The position numbers were made by a program, and so were the translations under genes. From an uncultured Bacteroidales bacterium (GTDB lineage Bacteria > Bacteroidota > Bacteroidia > Bacteroidales > JAIOZK01), in NCBI GenBank assembly GCA_964550205.1, contig CAZJYD010000006.1, positions 30,725 through 94,724 on the forward strand: 64,000 nucleotides of DNA, in the 5' to 3' direction. Under the pieces are notes generated by a model. The model did no database searches, had not been told where the DNA came from, and was given only the letters and a program-made list of their open reading frames with translations. This document shows, piece after piece, positions 9,996 to 20,689 of the stretch (within the stretch, counting starts at the first letter, position 1; every line of letters starts with the position of its first letter).

Positions 9996-10688
9996 ATGGC
10001 AAAAAAGAAAGGCAGATCAGACGACCGAATGGTTGCTGTTGAAGAAGCTCTCAGTAAAACCGAACAATTCATAGAAAATAATCAAAAACCAATTCTGATA
10101 GTTGTTGGGATAATTGTGGTTTTGGTTCTCGGATATTTTGGATATAAAAAACTTTATCTAAAACCTTTGAATAAAGAAGCCCAATCACAAATGTTTATGG
10201 CTGAAATGTATTTCAGGCAAGATTCGCTGGATAAGGCCTTATATGGTGATGGTAATTATCTTGGCTTTTTAGATATAATAGATGATTACGGTGCGACCAA
10301 GGCAGGTAATCTGGCTAACTACTATACAGGGATTATCTATCTGAGAATAGGGCAATATGAGGAATCCATAAATTACCTTAAGGATTTCGATAGTGAAGAT
10401 CAAGTTATTGGTCCAATGGCTATGGGAGCTCTTGGTGACGCTCATATTGAATTAGGACAACCTGAAAAAGCCGTTAATTATTACCTGCAGGCCGCAAATA
10501 CATATGAAAATGATTTCCTTACTCCGGTTTTTCTTCAAAAAGCCGGGTGGACTTATGAGAGCATGGATGAATATAAGAAAGCCCTCAGACTTTATGAGCA
10601 AATAGAAAAAGAATATCCAATGAGTATTGAGGCAAGAAACATTGAAAAATATATTCAGAGAGCGAAAAAAATCATAGAAAAAGGATAA
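9996..10688 (+). CDS. membrane-anchored tetratricopeptide-repeat protein (YfgM-like architecture)
   Basis: Single N-terminal TM helix followed by TPR-like helical repeats (GNLANYYTGIIYLRIGQYEESINYL, GALGDAHIELGQPEKAVNYY). Confidence 0.65.
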   Translation: MAKKKGRSDDRMVAVEEALSKTEQFIENNQKPILIVVGIIVVLVLGYFGYKKLYLKPLNKEAQSQMFMAEMYFRQDSLDKALYGDGNYLGFLDIIDDYGATKAGNLANYYTGIIYLRIGQYEESINYLKDFDSEDQVIGPMAMGALGDAHIELGQPEKAVNYYLQAANTYENDFLTPVFLQKAGWTYESMDEYKKALRLYEQIEKEYPMSIEARNIEKYIQRAKKIIEKG

Positions 10689-10724
10689 ACCAAATACATA
10701 TTTTCGTATTATCTAAGATTTGCC

Positions 10725-11717
10725 ATGAAAAAACAGCTCAGGATTGCATTTATGGGAACACCTGATTTTGCAATTCCATCACTTAAAATTCTCCTTGAAA
10801 ATAATTACAATGTTGTTACTGTGGTAACCACACCGGATAAACCTGCTGGCAGGGGAAAAAAAGTATTGCCTTCTCCTGTAAAGGAATTTGCAGATATAAA
10901 AAACCTTAGAATACTACAACCCTTCAACCTGAAGGATTTCAACTTCATTAAAAGAATAAATAATCTCAATATCAACCTGCAGGTTGTAGTTGCATTCCGA
11001 ATTTTACCTGCCGAAGTTTGGAAAATCCCCAAATTTGGCTCATTCAACTTGCATGCCTCATTGCTTCCCCAATACAGAGGGGCAGCACCAATTAACAGGG
11101 TTATCATGAACGGAGAAACAGAAACCGGTGTAACTACATTCTTTATTGATAATAATATAGATACAGGGAAAATAATATTCAGAGAAAAAATATCAATTAT
11201 GCCTGATGAAACTGCAGGACAATTACATGATAGACTAATGAATGAAGGAGCTCATTTGGTTTTAAAAACGGTTAAGGCAATTGAAGATAATAAATACACA
11301 ACTATCACTCAACCACAACTTATAACTCAAAAGGAGAAAATAAAAACAGCTCCTAAAATATTCAGAGAAGACAGAGAAATTGATTGGTATAAAAGTAAGC
11401 AGCAAATATATGACCTTATAAGAGGATTAAGTCCATACCCGGCTGCTTTTACTTATTTGCTATCACCTGATAATATATCCTATAACATTAAAATATTTGA
11501 AGCATTACCATTGAATAATAACACAACAAATGCAAAAAAACCAGGCTCAGTTATTACAGATTCTAAAACTTATCTTCATGTAGCAACCAGTAATGGCTTC
11601 ATCAAATTAATAAGCATTCAACTTGAGAGTAAAAACAAAATGAACATTGATGAATTTCTAAGGGGATTCAAAATTGATAATAGCTGGAAGATGGTAAAAC
11701 AGCGGAATCTACATTGA
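10725..11717 (+). CDS. fmt: methionyl-tRNA formyltransferase
   Basis: RIAFMGTPDFAIPSL, TTPDKPAGRGKK, NLHASLLPQYRGAAPI (formyltransferase HxSLLPxxRG motif) and a C-terminal Fmt domain. Confidence 0.9.
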   Translation: MKKQLRIAFMGTPDFAIPSLKILLENNYNVVTVVTTPDKPAGRGKKVLPSPVKEFADIKNLRILQPFNLKDFNFIKRINNLNINLQVVVAFRILPAEVWKIPKFGSFNLHASLLPQYRGAAPINRVIMNGETETGVTTFFIDNNIDTGKIIFREKISIMPDETAGQLHDRLMNEGAHLVLKTVKAIEDNKYTTITQPQLITQKEKIKTAPKIFREDREIDWYKSKQQIYDLIRGLSPYPAAFTYLLSPDNISYNIKIFEALPLNNNTTNAKKPGSVITDSKTYLHVATSNGFIKLISIQLESKNKMNIDEFLRGFKIDNSWKMVKQRNLH

Positions 11718-11827
11718 ATAATTTCCCAATAGTGGAATATTACTGCCAACTTATCAACAAAATAGTTGTTTTATTAACATTTCCAAGGGTTTTAGAGCGT
11801 TTTGCTTGACTTTTATTCTATATAGCT

Positions 11828-11835
11828 TATATTTG
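11828..11835 (+). promoter_or_regulatory. -7 promoter box (TATATTTG) with upstream TTTG at 11801-11804
   Basis: TAnnTTTG match 44 nt upstream of the hup ATG. A TTTG -33-like element lies ~23 nt upstream. Confidence 0.5.
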
Positions 11836-11879
11836 CATGCATTCGTAAGTTTTTAATTATTAACCAAAAATCAAGTAAT

Positions 11880-12152
11880 ATGAACAAAGCAGAATTAATT
11901 GAAGCTATTGCTTCCGATGCAAAATTAACAAAAGCCGATTCAAAAAGAGCCTTAGACGCATTTATCGGTTCAACATCAAAAGCTCTAAAAAAAGGCGACC
12001 GTGTAGCTCTAGTAGGATTTGGTTCATTCTCAGTTGCTAAAAGAGCTTCAAGAAAAGGAAGAAATCCTCAAACAGGTAAAGAAATCAAGATTCCTGCTAA
12101 GAAAGTTGTAAAATTCAAACCTGGTAATGAACTTTCAAAGGTTGTGAAATAA
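11880..12152 (+). CDS. hup: HU family DNA-binding protein
   Basis: [11 protein letters not shown]...GFGSFSV..R..R.GRNPQTG.EI.IPA...V.FKPG is a canonical HU/IHF sequence. Confidence 0.92.
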   Translation: MNKAELIEAIASDAKLTKADSKRALDAFIGSTSKALKKGDRVALVGFGSFSVAKRASRKGRNPQTGKEIKIPAKKVVKFKPGNELSKVVK

Positions 12153-12172
12153 TTTAATTAAGGTACTTACAA

Positions 12173-12208
12173 AGAGGCTGTTGAAAATACAACAGCCTCT
12201 TTTTATTT
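12173..12208 (+). terminator. rho-independent terminator after hup
   Basis: Perfect 11-bp stem AGAGGCTGTTG / CAACAGCCTCT with a 6-nt loop, followed by TTTTTATTT. Confidence 0.75.
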
Positions 12209-12291
12209 ACGATTTTTCATTTATACATTGTACGAACAAGAATTAATTCCTCCTTGTTTCTTTAAATAATAAAACTTATAATACCCTGCTC

Positions 12292-12876
12292 CTATTTTGC
12301 AGGATAGTTCAATTTAAACCTGTATGGTAGTTTTGCATCTTCTTTTGCATAATCAACACCAATACGCTCCGAAACAGAAACATCTTTATCTGAAACTTTA
12401 ATTCCATTGTCCTCAAGCCATATTGTTTCACCCAGCAGATCTGTTCCTGTATGTTTATAATGAATTCCCAAAACTTTAGATAGCTTACCTGGCCCATTGG
12501 AAATATTACCTGAATTTGTTTTCCTGTTAATTCTTGACAACATAATTTCAATGCCATTTGTTGGAAGCAATCCCCTGATTAATACAGCTTGCGGGACATT
12601 TTTTTTATTCGTAACAATATTAAAAAGCGAATATATTCCATAACACAAGTATATATATGCCGTTCCACCTATCCTGAACATTACCTCAGTTCGTTGTGTT
12701 AGCCTGTTATTGTATGCATGACATGCTTTGTCATATATTCCATTGTATGCTTCTGTCTCAGTAATAATACCTCCTGTTACCTTACCATCATAATTCGTGA
12801 ATAATGATTTTCCTAATAATTCCTTAGCTATTTTAACAACATCATCTTCCAAATAAAATGATCTGGGTAACTTCAT
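12292..12876 (-). CDS. mpg: DNA-3-methyladenine glycosylase (Mpg/AAG family)
   Basis: LPRSFY..DVVKIAKELLGK.L.....GKVTGGIITETEAY.G..DKACHAY and GPGKLSKVLGI motifs. The track start at 12924 overlaps recQ; the ATG at 12876 (MKLPRSFY) fits the family N terminus better. Confidence 0.85.
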   Translation of the reverse strand: MKLPRSFYLEDDVVKIAKELLGKSLFTNYDGKVTGGIITETEAYNGIYDKACHAYNNRLTQRTEVMFRIGGTAYIYLCYGIYSLFNIVTNKKNVPQAVLIRGLLPTNGIEIMLSRINRKTNSGNISNGPGKLSKVLGIHYKHTGTDLLGETIWLEDNGIKVSDKDVSVSERIGVDYAKEDAKLPYRFKLNYPAK

Positions 12877-12893
12877 TTCTGTTGAATTAAATT

Positions 12894-14813
12894 TTAAAAG
12901 TTTAGTGTAAATTGCTGCTTCCAATGCAATTTACCTTCCTTTTCAATAATACTGCCATTATCTTTTAACCACTGGATTATTCGTATTATTTTTTCAGCTT
13001 TTATTTCTTTCATTTCACGAATAAGATCATAAATAGTCATATCTTTATTTTTCAAAATTAACTTAACTCTTTCCATAATCTGATCAAATTCAAAATCGTT
13101 AATTTCAATTTTATTTCTTTTCCTGCATACATCACATTGGCCGCATCTTTTTGATGATTTTTCACCGAAATACTTCAATAGATATTGACTTCTGCATATA
13201 TTAACCGAAGTCACATAATCAATAATTGATTGTATTCTTTTTACTGCGGTTTCTTTTCTATCGACGTATATTTCTTTTGATATTAATAAGTCCTTTTTAT
13301 CAAGGCGTTCTTGTGTAAATATTATTCGTGGCTTATCAGTTCCTGTAAGATAGGTCAGTATTTCATAATTATTCAGCTTTTCCAATATTTGTATTACTTT
13401 CTCTTTATCCATAGATGAGCGTGAGGCTAATTCGTTTTCATTTATCTTAACAAATTCACTGAATAAACCGCTATATGAGCGTAATAGTAATTTTATAAAA
13501 CGGTCATATTTGGGGTTTTCCACCTGAAACCTGTAGAGGTCTTCTTTATTTATATTTATATGTACTTTTGATGGATTATCAAAAGCTTCTGTTAACATAA
13601 GATAACCTTGTTTTTCAAGAAATTTTAATGCGTTATAAACAATCAGGGGTTTGAAATTATAGTTCTTTGCAAAATCAGATAATTCAAAGTCAAAGGATGA
13701 ATCCCTGCCACTGCCAACAGCTAATTGAAAGTAATTACCCAGAGCATGATATATTGTCCTGATGGTTTTTAATGAGGGAAAAGCGTTGTTTAGATTGTTC
13801 TTCAACACGCTTATATCAGCTTTATCATAAATAAGTACGGCATAAGATTGTCTCCCATCTCTTCCGCCCCTGCCTGCTTCCTGGAAATAGGCTTCAAGGC
13901 TGTCAGGAAGATCCATATGTATTACAAGCCTTACATTTGGTTTATCAATACCCATACCGAAGGCATTCGTAGCAGTCATGATTCTTTTTGTACCCTGCAT
14001 CCAACTATCCTGTTTATTACTCCTTTCTTTTGGTTTTAATCCTGCATGATAATAATCAGCACTTATATTATTATTAATCAGGAAATCTCTTATTTCCCTT
14101 GTTTTTCTTCTGTTCCTGACATAAATGATACCGCTGCCGGGAACATTTCTTAATATCTTCAAAAGCTGGTTATATTTCCCTTCTTCATTTATTACAACAT
14201 AGGAAAGGTTCTTTCTCTCAAATGAACTTTTTATAACATTTTTTCTGCCGAATTTTAATTTTTCCTGTATATCCTCAACAACATCAGGAGTGGCTGTCGC
14301 TGTCAGGGCCAGTACCGGGGTTTTTGGCATAAATTTTCGTACATCAGCTATATTAAGATATGGAGGTCTGAAATCATAACCCCACTGTGAAATACAATGG
14401 GCTTCGTCCACAGCTAAAATGTTTATGTTCATGTTTTGTAAAACTTCCTGGAAGTTTGATAATACAAGTCTTTCAGGAGAAACATAGAGAAATTTATTTT
14501 CACCATACAGACAATTGTCTATTGCCACTTCAATTTCATTCCTGTGCATGCCTGAGTGTATTGCCGCTGCTTTAATGCCTTTTTTTCTAAGATTCTCTAC
14601 CTGATCTTTCATTAGTGCAATCAAGGGAGTAATAACCAGGCATATACCTTCCATTGCAATACCAGGAACCTGGAAACATATTGATTTTCCACCCCCTGTG
14701 GGTAGTAATGCAAGAGTGTCATTTCCTTCCATCACAGTAGTAATAATATCTTCCTGGAATGGCCTGAAACTGGAATATCCCCAATGCTTAATTAGTATGT
14801 TCCTGACCGACAT
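12894..14813 (-). CDS. recQ: RecQ family ATP-dependent DNA helicase
   Basis: FRPFQ, LPTGGGKS (Walker A), AVDEAHCISQWGYDFRP (DEAH box), TATA, zinc-binding CGQCDVC. Confidence 0.9.
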   Translation of the reverse strand: MSVRNILIKHWGYSSFRPFQEDIITTVMEGNDTLALLPTGGGKSICFQVPGIAMEGICLVITPLIALMKDQVENLRKKGIKAAAIHSGMHRNEIEVAIDNCLYGENKFLYVSPERLVLSNFQEVLQNMNINILAVDEAHCISQWGYDFRPPYLNIADVRKFMPKTPVLALTATATPDVVEDIQEKLKFGRKNVIKSSFERKNLSYVVINEEGKYNQLLKILRNVPGSGIIYVRNRRKTREIRDFLINNNISADYYHAGLKPKERSNKQDSWMQGTKRIMTATNAFGMGIDKPNVRLVIHMDLPDSLEAYFQEAGRGGRDGRQSYAVLIYDKADISVLKNNLNNAFPSLKTIRTIYHALGNYFQLAVGSGRDSSFDFELSDFAKNYNFKPLIVYNALKFLEKQGYLMLTEAFDNPSKVHININKEDLYRFQVENPKYDRFIKLLLRSYSGLFSEFVKINENELASRSSMDKEKVIQILEKLNNYEILTYLTGTDKPRIIFTQERLDKKDLLISKEIYVDRKETAVKRIQSIIDYVTSVNICRSQYLLKYFGEKSSKRCGQCDVCRKRNKIEINDFEFDQIMERVKLILKNKDMTIYDLIREMKEIKAEKIIRIIQWLKDNGSIIEKEGKLHWKQQFTLNF

Positions 14814-14983
14814 ACCTAAATCAATTTATACGAAATTAGCAAAATCTTTATAATAATCCGGGTATAGATAAAATTATCCCGATCTAATAATTTTTTAACT
14901 TCACGTGGATATGTCATTTTCTTTATCAAATGGTTTTAATCTGAGAGTTGTTTGCTTTCATCCTTCCATATCAGCTGAATTAT

Positions 14984-14991
14984 TATATTTG
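14984..14991 (+). promoter_or_regulatory. -7 promoter box (TATATTTG) 5 nt from the start codon
   Basis: TAnnTTTG match. Only 5 nt separate its G (14991) from the ATG at 14997, which implies a leaderless or near-leaderless mRNA. Confidence 0.4.
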
Positions 14992-14996
14992 CGTTC

Positions 14997-16943
14997 ATGT
15001 TTAAACTCAGGGCATCAAAAGGTAATATCCATCTTGTTTTGTTATATAAATTATTAATTGCCCTGATACTATTATTTATTTCCCGCTTGTTTTTTTATCT
15101 TTTTAATATTGATTATTACAGCAATATTAACACGGGTGAATTAATAAAAATACTCTTCTACGGATTAAGGTTCGACCTGTCAGCAGTTCTTATTATAAAC
15201 CTGCCTTTAATTTTTCTTAATGTGATTCCTTTTCCCTTTCGTTATAAAAAGCTTTATCAGATAATTGTAAATGTTTTGTTCTTCTATATAGTAAATTCCA
15301 TTTTCCTTATGGCCAATTATGCTGACTCTGTCTATTTTCGTTATACATTAAAGCGTTCCATGGCCGATGTTTTTCAATTTTTATCAAATGAGAAAAACGA
15401 AATAATGCTTTTGCTTCCCAATATGATCAGTGATTTCTGGCCTGAATTCGTTACAAGTTTACTTTCTGTAATAATATTGATTTTTTTGGGGTCAAGATTT
15501 AAAGTTAATACTAACGCATCTAATTTATCATCTATTACAAACTATCTCAGACAAACAATAATTTTTATAATTACCGGATTTATAGTAATTATTGGTATCC
15601 GTGGCGGATTCCAGCTAAAACCAATAAATATTGTAACTGCAGGGCATTATACAAAATCCAAAAATATTCCTTTACTACTAAATTCTACATTCACAATAGC
15701 TAAAACTATAGATCAAAGGAATATTAAAAAAATCAGCTTTTTTCCGGAAAAAGAATTAAGCAGAATTTATAATCCTGTTCATGAACCAGATAAATTACCT
15801 GACTCCTGCTTTCAGAAAAAGAATGTTATTATAATTATTATGGAAAGCTTCTCTTCTGAGCATTCTGCTTTGCTGAATCCAAAATACTATCAAGATGAAA
15901 ATAAAGGATACACTCCCTTTCTTGATTCACTAATGAAAAAAAGTATTTATTTCAATGGATATGCCAATGGCACACGATCTATTGAAGCAATCCCTGCTAT
16001 TGTTGCCGGTATACCAAGCCTGATGAACAGGGATTTTTTATCTTCTTTTTACTCAGGTTCCAAAATTAACAGCATCGCAAGTTTATTAAAAGAAAAAGCT
16101 TATACAACGGCATTTTATCATGGAGGCACTAATGGAACGATGAGTTTTGATGTATTTGCTAAAATAGCCGGTTTTGACAATTATTATGGACGTGATGAAT
16201 TTAATGATGATAAATATTTTGATGGAAAATGGGGAATCTATGATAAACCTTTCTTTGATTTTTTTTCAAAGAAATTAGATAATACTCCTCAGCCATTCTG
16301 TGTGGTATTCTTTTCTCTCTCATCTCATCATCCCTATAAAATCCCTGATAAATATAAAAACAAGTTCAAAAATGGAAAACTACCTATACATGAAAGCATC
16401 GGGTATGCAGATTATTCTTTAAATCAATTTTTTAAAAAAATAGTCAATACTGAATGGTATGATAATTCACTTTTTGTAATAACCGCTGATCATACGTCGG
16501 AAGCATATTTACCTGAATATCAAACCAGAATAGGCAGTTATAAGATACCTATCATTTTCTATCAACCGGGTGACTCGGCAACAGGTTTTATCAATACAAA
16601 GGCTCAGCAAACCGATATTATGCCAACAATATTAAACAAACTGCATTACAATGAAGATTATGTGGCTTTCGGTTCTGACCTGTTTAATGAACAAGATATT
16701 CATTTTGCAATAAATTATTTATCGGGTACCTACCAGTTAATTCAGGGTGATTATGCATTGATATCTGAGAAAGGTAATGCTATTTCACTTTATAATATTA
16801 AATACGATAAGAAGCTGAATAATAATATTGCCGATCAAAAAGAATATATAACAGAATGTATGGAAAGACTTACCAAAGCCATAATTCAACAATACAACAA
16901 CAGACTGATCGAAAATAATTTAACTATTGATAAAAATGATTGA
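14997..16943 (+). CDS. LTA synthase (LtaS)/phosphoglycerol-transferase family membrane sulfatase-fold protein
   Basis: Five N-terminal TM helices followed by an extracytoplasmic alkaline-phosphatase-superfamily domain (IIIMESFSSE, GTRSIEA, SSHHPY, ITADHTSE). Confidence 0.8.
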   Translation: MFKLRASKGNIHLVLLYKLLIALILLFISRLFFYLFNIDYYSNINTGELIKILFYGLRFDLSAVLIINLPLIFLNVIPFPFRYKKLYQIIVNVLFFYIVNSIFLMANYADSVYFRYTLKRSMADVFQFLSNEKNEIMLLLPNMISDFWPEFVTSLLSVIILIFLGSRFKVNTNASNLSSITNYLRQTIIFIITGFIVIIGIRGGFQLKPINIVTAGHYTKSKNIPLLLNSTFTIAKTIDQRNIKKISFFPEKELSRIYNPVHEPDKLPDSCFQKKNVIIIIMESFSSEHSALLNPKYYQDENKGYTPFLDSLMKKSIYFNGYANGTRSIEAIPAIVAGIPSLMNRDFLSSFYSGSKINSIASLLKEKAYTTAFYHGGTNGTMSFDVFAKIAGFDNYYGRDEFNDDKYFDGKWGIYDKPFFDFFSKKLDNTPQPFCVVFFSLSSHHPYKIPDKYKNKFKNGKLPIHESIGYADYSLNQFFKKIVNTEWYDNSLFVITADHTSEAYLPEYQTRIGSYKIPIIFYQPGDSATGFINTKAQQTDIMPTILNKLHYNEDYVAFGSDLFNEQDIHFAINYLSGTYQLIQGDYALISEKGNAISLYNIKYDKKLNNNIADQKEYITECMERLTKAIIQQYNNRLIENNLTIDKND

Positions 16944-17823
16944 CAACTCAAAGAAAGATATCCATATAATAGTAAATCCCGCAGCAGGCGTAAGAAATCC
17001 AACGAGGATTAAAAAATATGCATATCAGGAAATTGATCAATATAAATTTAATGTAAAGGTATCATACACTGATAAATCTGATCATGCTACTCTCCTTGCC
17101 AGAGAATCCCTTAAAAAAGGATGCAAAATAATTGTTGCTGCCGGTGGAGACGGATCAGTTAATGAAATAGCAAAATCTACTGTTGATAAAGATGCAATAA
17201 TCGGAATTATTCCTATAGGGTCTGGAAATGGATTGGCGCGACATCTTCAAATACCAACCGATCCTGTAAAAGCATTTAGAATTATAAATCAACTTAAAAC
17301 CAGGAAAATCGATACTGTTAAAATAAATGATGATATTTATGTAAATATAGCCGGAATAGGTTTTGATGCAAGAATAGCCGAAAGATTCGCAAAAACAAAA
17401 AGAAGGGGTTTTATAGAGTATTTTAAAACAATAGTAAGCGAGTATTTTAAATATCAACCTCAAGATTATTGTTTACTTCTTGAGAAAACAGAAATTACTA
17501 CAAAAGCATTGTTTATATGCTTTACTAATTCAAGCCAGTATGGATATAATACAATTATTGCTCCTGAAGCAAGCCTTGACGATGGCCTTATAAATATTTG
17601 CATAGTGCAGAAGATACCACTCTCAAAGTGTCTTTACAATGCATATCTACTTTATACTAAAAACATTCACAAATCGGAATATGTTAAAACATATCAAGCC
17701 AGGGAAATACAGGTAATACAGAGAAATTGCAGACTTGTAAATATAGATGGTGAACCTGAATATTTTCAGGGAAAACTTAATATTAAAATCAATCCATTAT
17801 CTTTGAATGTTATAATACCTTAA
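16927..17823 (+). CDS. diacylglycerol kinase catalytic-domain lipid kinase (YegS/DgkB-like)
   Basis: IVNPAAG, AAGGDGSVNE, IPIGSGNGLA motifs of the DAGK_cat family. Overlaps the upstream gene by 17 nt. Confidence 0.8.
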   Translation: MIKMIDNSKKDIHIIVNPAAGVRNPTRIKKYAYQEIDQYKFNVKVSYTDKSDHATLLARESLKKGCKIIVAAGGDGSVNEIAKSTVDKDAIIGIIPIGSGNGLARHLQIPTDPVKAFRIINQLKTRKIDTVKINDDIYVNIAGIGFDARIAERFAKTKRRGFIEYFKTIVSEYFKYQPQDYCLLLEKTEITTKALFICFTNSSQYGYNTIIAPEASLDDGLINICIVQKIPLSKCLYNAYLLYTKNIHKSEYVKTYQAREIQVIQRNCRLVNIDGEPEYFQGKLNIKINPLSLNVIIP

Positions 17824-17869
17824 TGGTAAAAATAAATGTACAATACTTTATTAAGAAAACATAAAGATC

Positions 17870-19276
17870 ATGAATTATTACAAATTATTATTAACCAGTA
17901 CCCTATTGTTTTTAATTACTGGAATTTCTCAGTCACAAAACGAAAAAAACGAAATAATAACAGATGACGTACTTGACAAGATCAAGCAATCAGTTTGGGA
18001 TGATCCGGATAACAGAGCATTAATCAATGCAGTTACCAACAATAATATTAAAAAGCTTGCATTGAATCGTGAAAATGTTGGAAAGATAAATCACTATTAC
18101 TCACACAAAGTTAAAACTGCCGGAATAACAGACCAGGAGTCAACAGGCCGCTGTTGGCTATTCACAGGTTTAAATGTTTTAAAGCCTGTTATTCTTGAAA
18201 AGATAAACCTCAAGACATTTGAATTTTCTGAAACTTACAATTTTTTCTGGGATCAGCTCGAAAAGTGCAATCTTTTCCTCGAAGCTATAATTTCAACAAG
18301 GGATAAACCTAAAGATGATCGAACTGTCGACTGGCTTTTTAAACATCCGCTACAGGATGGAGGTCAGTGGACCACATTTGCTGATATTGTCAAAAAATAT
18401 GGTGTAGTGCCAAAATCTGCTATGCCTGAAACATATCAAAGCAAAAACACAAGGAGGATGCGCTCATTACTCAAACAGAAGTTACGGGAAGACGCTCTTT
18501 ATCTCAGGCAAATGTACAAAGAAGGCAAATCACTTGATGAAATTCGCGAGGAAAAAATCAATATGCTTTCGGAGGTATACCGTATTTTAGTTTTATCGAT
18601 GGGCAAACCCCCGGAAGAATTTCAATGGCAATATGTAAATTCAAATAGTGAAATAAGCGAAATGAAAACATACACCCCAAAGGATTTTTATGATCAATAC
18701 ATAGGAATTAATCTCGATGATTATGTTATGTTCATGAACGATCCTTCAAGGCCTTATAAAAAACTTTATGAAATTGAATATGACAGAAATATGGTTGAAG
18801 GGTATAACTGGAAATACATTAACCTTCCCAATAAATTGATAAAAGAGTTTGCAAAAGCTTCCATAATGGATAATAATGCAATGTATTTTTCCTGCGATGT
18901 TGGTAAACAATTGAATAAGGATGACGGTACTTTGGATATTAACAATTATGATTATGATGATTTGATGGGAGTGAAATTCGGAATGACAAAAGCAGAAAGA
19001 ATAACGACATACTCCAGTGCTTCAACACATGGCATGGCACTGGTAGGGGTAAATATAAACAAAGACGGAGAAACTGATAAATGGCTTCTTGAGAATAGTT
19101 GGGGTCCTGATGCCGGTTATAAAGGATACTTAACAATGACAGATGAATGGTTTGATGAATACATGTTCAGGGTTGTAATAAATAAACAATACATCGAAAA
19201 AGAAATACTAAAAATACTGGAACAAACACCTGTTAAACTTCCGCCCTGGGATCCTATGTTTCAACCTGAGCAATAA
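17870..19276 (+). CDS. pepC: aminopeptidase C / bleomycin hydrolase (peptidase C1B), with signal peptide
   Basis: Catalytic-Cys motif QESTGRCWLF. HGMALVG and ENSWG motifs (His/Asn of the papain fold). Confidence 0.85.
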   Translation: MNYYKLLLTSTLLFLITGISQSQNEKNEIITDDVLDKIKQSVWDDPDNRALINAVTNNNIKKLALNRENVGKINHYYSHKVKTAGITDQESTGRCWLFTGLNVLKPVILEKINLKTFEFSETYNFFWDQLEKCNLFLEAIISTRDKPKDDRTVDWLFKHPLQDGGQWTTFADIVKKYGVVPKSAMPETYQSKNTRRMRSLLKQKLREDALYLRQMYKEGKSLDEIREEKINMLSEVYRILVLSMGKPPEEFQWQYVNSNSEISEMKTYTPKDFYDQYIGINLDDYVMFMNDPSRPYKKLYEIEYDRNMVEGYNWKYINLPNKLIKEFAKASIMDNNAMYFSCDVGKQLNKDDGTLDINNYDYDDLMGVKFGMTKAERITTYSSASTHGMALVGVNINKDGETDKWLLENSWGPDAGYKGYLTMTDEWFDEYMFRVVINKQYIEKEILKILEQTPVKLPPWDPMFQPEQ

Positions 19277-19332
19277 TTATAATTAATGCATTGGCTCAAT
19301 CTAAATCCCAGTGCATAATTTGGGATAATTGA

Positions 19333-19340
19333 TATATTTG
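19333..19340 (+). promoter_or_regulatory. -7 promoter box (TATATTTG)
   Basis: TAnnTTTG match 19 nt upstream of the ATG at 19360. Confidence 0.45.
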
Positions 19341-19359
19341 TATAAATAAAAAAAGGATT

Positions 19360-20628
19360 ATGTTCAAATCATTAAGTGAGCTCATAACAGGTTGGTTAAC
19401 CAAGGCCGGAATGGGTGAAAATATTGCCAAGATATTTGGCGATTATGCTGGTCTGCTTGTTGTTTTTATTCTTGCTTTTATTTCTTTCTTCATAACAAAA
19501 AAAATTATCACATACTTAGTTCATATTCTGGTAAGAAAATCAAAAACCAACTGGGATGATATTTTTGTTAAGCATAAAGTTTTTTCCCGCTTATCATATT
19601 TTGTTCCCATTTTTATTATTTACATACTCACACCCGTGGTGGTTACCGAGTATCCATTAACTGTTGATATTATTGTAAGTATTCTGAACATCTTCATGGT
19701 TATATTAGCCATAGCTGTCATTCTAGCAATTTTGAAAGGTTTTCAGGAGATATATGATAGTTTCGAGATTGCCAAATCAAGACCTATTAAAGGATACATA
19801 CAAGTAGTAAAGATCATATTATATATTTTTGGTATTATCATAATTATAGCAAATCTTCTGGGCAAAGATCCTACCACATTGCTAATCAGCTTGGGTACTC
19901 TTTCAGCAGTTTTAATGCTTATTTTCAAAGACCCCATACTTGGGTTTGTCGGGGGCATACAGCTTACCGCCAATAATATGGTTCGCCTCGGTGACTGGAT
20001 ATCCATGCCTAAATACGGAGCAGATGGTACTGTTATCGACATCTCTTTAACCACAGTTAAAGTCCAGAACTGGGACAAAACTATAACTACTATTCCAACA
20101 TATACACTCATTACTGATTACTTCCAAAATTGGCGGGGCATGGAAGAATCAGGTGGCAGAAGAATAAAACGATCAATAAATATTGATATATCAAGCGTTA
20201 AATTCTGCTCTCCTGAAATGCTTGAACGTTTTAGAAAATTTAAATTTATCAGAGACTATATAGCTAAAAGAGACAAAGAGATTGAAGAGTATAATAAAAA
20301 GCATAATATTGACAATTCCATACTTGTTAATGGTAGAAGGCAAACAAATATTGGAATATTCAGGGCTTATCTTAAAGAATATCTCAAACATAAACCTGAA
20401 ATTAATCCTGATATGACATTTCTTGTACGGCAATTGCAGCCAACAGAGAATGGTATTCCTATCGAAATATATGTTTTCAGCCGTATCCAGTCATGGGCAA
20501 AGTACGAAGATGTACAATCGGATATTTTTGATCATATCCTGGCAGTTATTCCTCATTTTGACCTCATAGTATTTCAAAATCCATCCGGCTCAGATTTCAG
20601 GATATTCGCTCATGAAAAACATCATTAA
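19360..20628 (+). CDS. mechanosensitive ion channel (MscS) family protein
   Basis: Multiple TM helices followed by the MscS beta-domain pattern (IFKDPILGFVGGIQLTANNMVRLGDWI...GTVIDISLTTVKVQNWDKT). Confidence 0.85.
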   Translation: MFKSLSELITGWLTKAGMGENIAKIFGDYAGLLVVFILAFISFFITKKIITYLVHILVRKSKTNWDDIFVKHKVFSRLSYFVPIFIIYILTPVVVTEYPLTVDIIVSILNIFMVILAIAVILAILKGFQEIYDSFEIAKSRPIKGYIQVVKIILYIFGIIIIIANLLGKDPTTLLISLGTLSAVLMLIFKDPILGFVGGIQLTANNMVRLGDWISMPKYGADGTVIDISLTTVKVQNWDKTITTIPTYTLITDYFQNWRGMEESGGRRIKRSINIDISSVKFCSPEMLERFRKFKFIRDYIAKRDKEIEEYNKKHNIDNSILVNGRRQTNIGIFRAYLKEYLKHKPEINPDMTFLVRQLQPTENGIPIEIYVFSRIQSWAKYEDVQSDIFDHILAVIPHFDLIVFQNPSGSDFRIFAHEKHH

Positions 20629-20689
20629 AGAAATGATAATGTGATTTTTATTATTTTTGATAAAAACAATTATTTATAAAATGACCGGA

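Noticed and set aside
12877-12924. Upstream ATG start for mpg that overlaps the recQ 3' end by 31 nt
   Set aside because: The family-conserved N terminus (LPRSFY) follows the internal Met at 12876, and using it removes the overlap.
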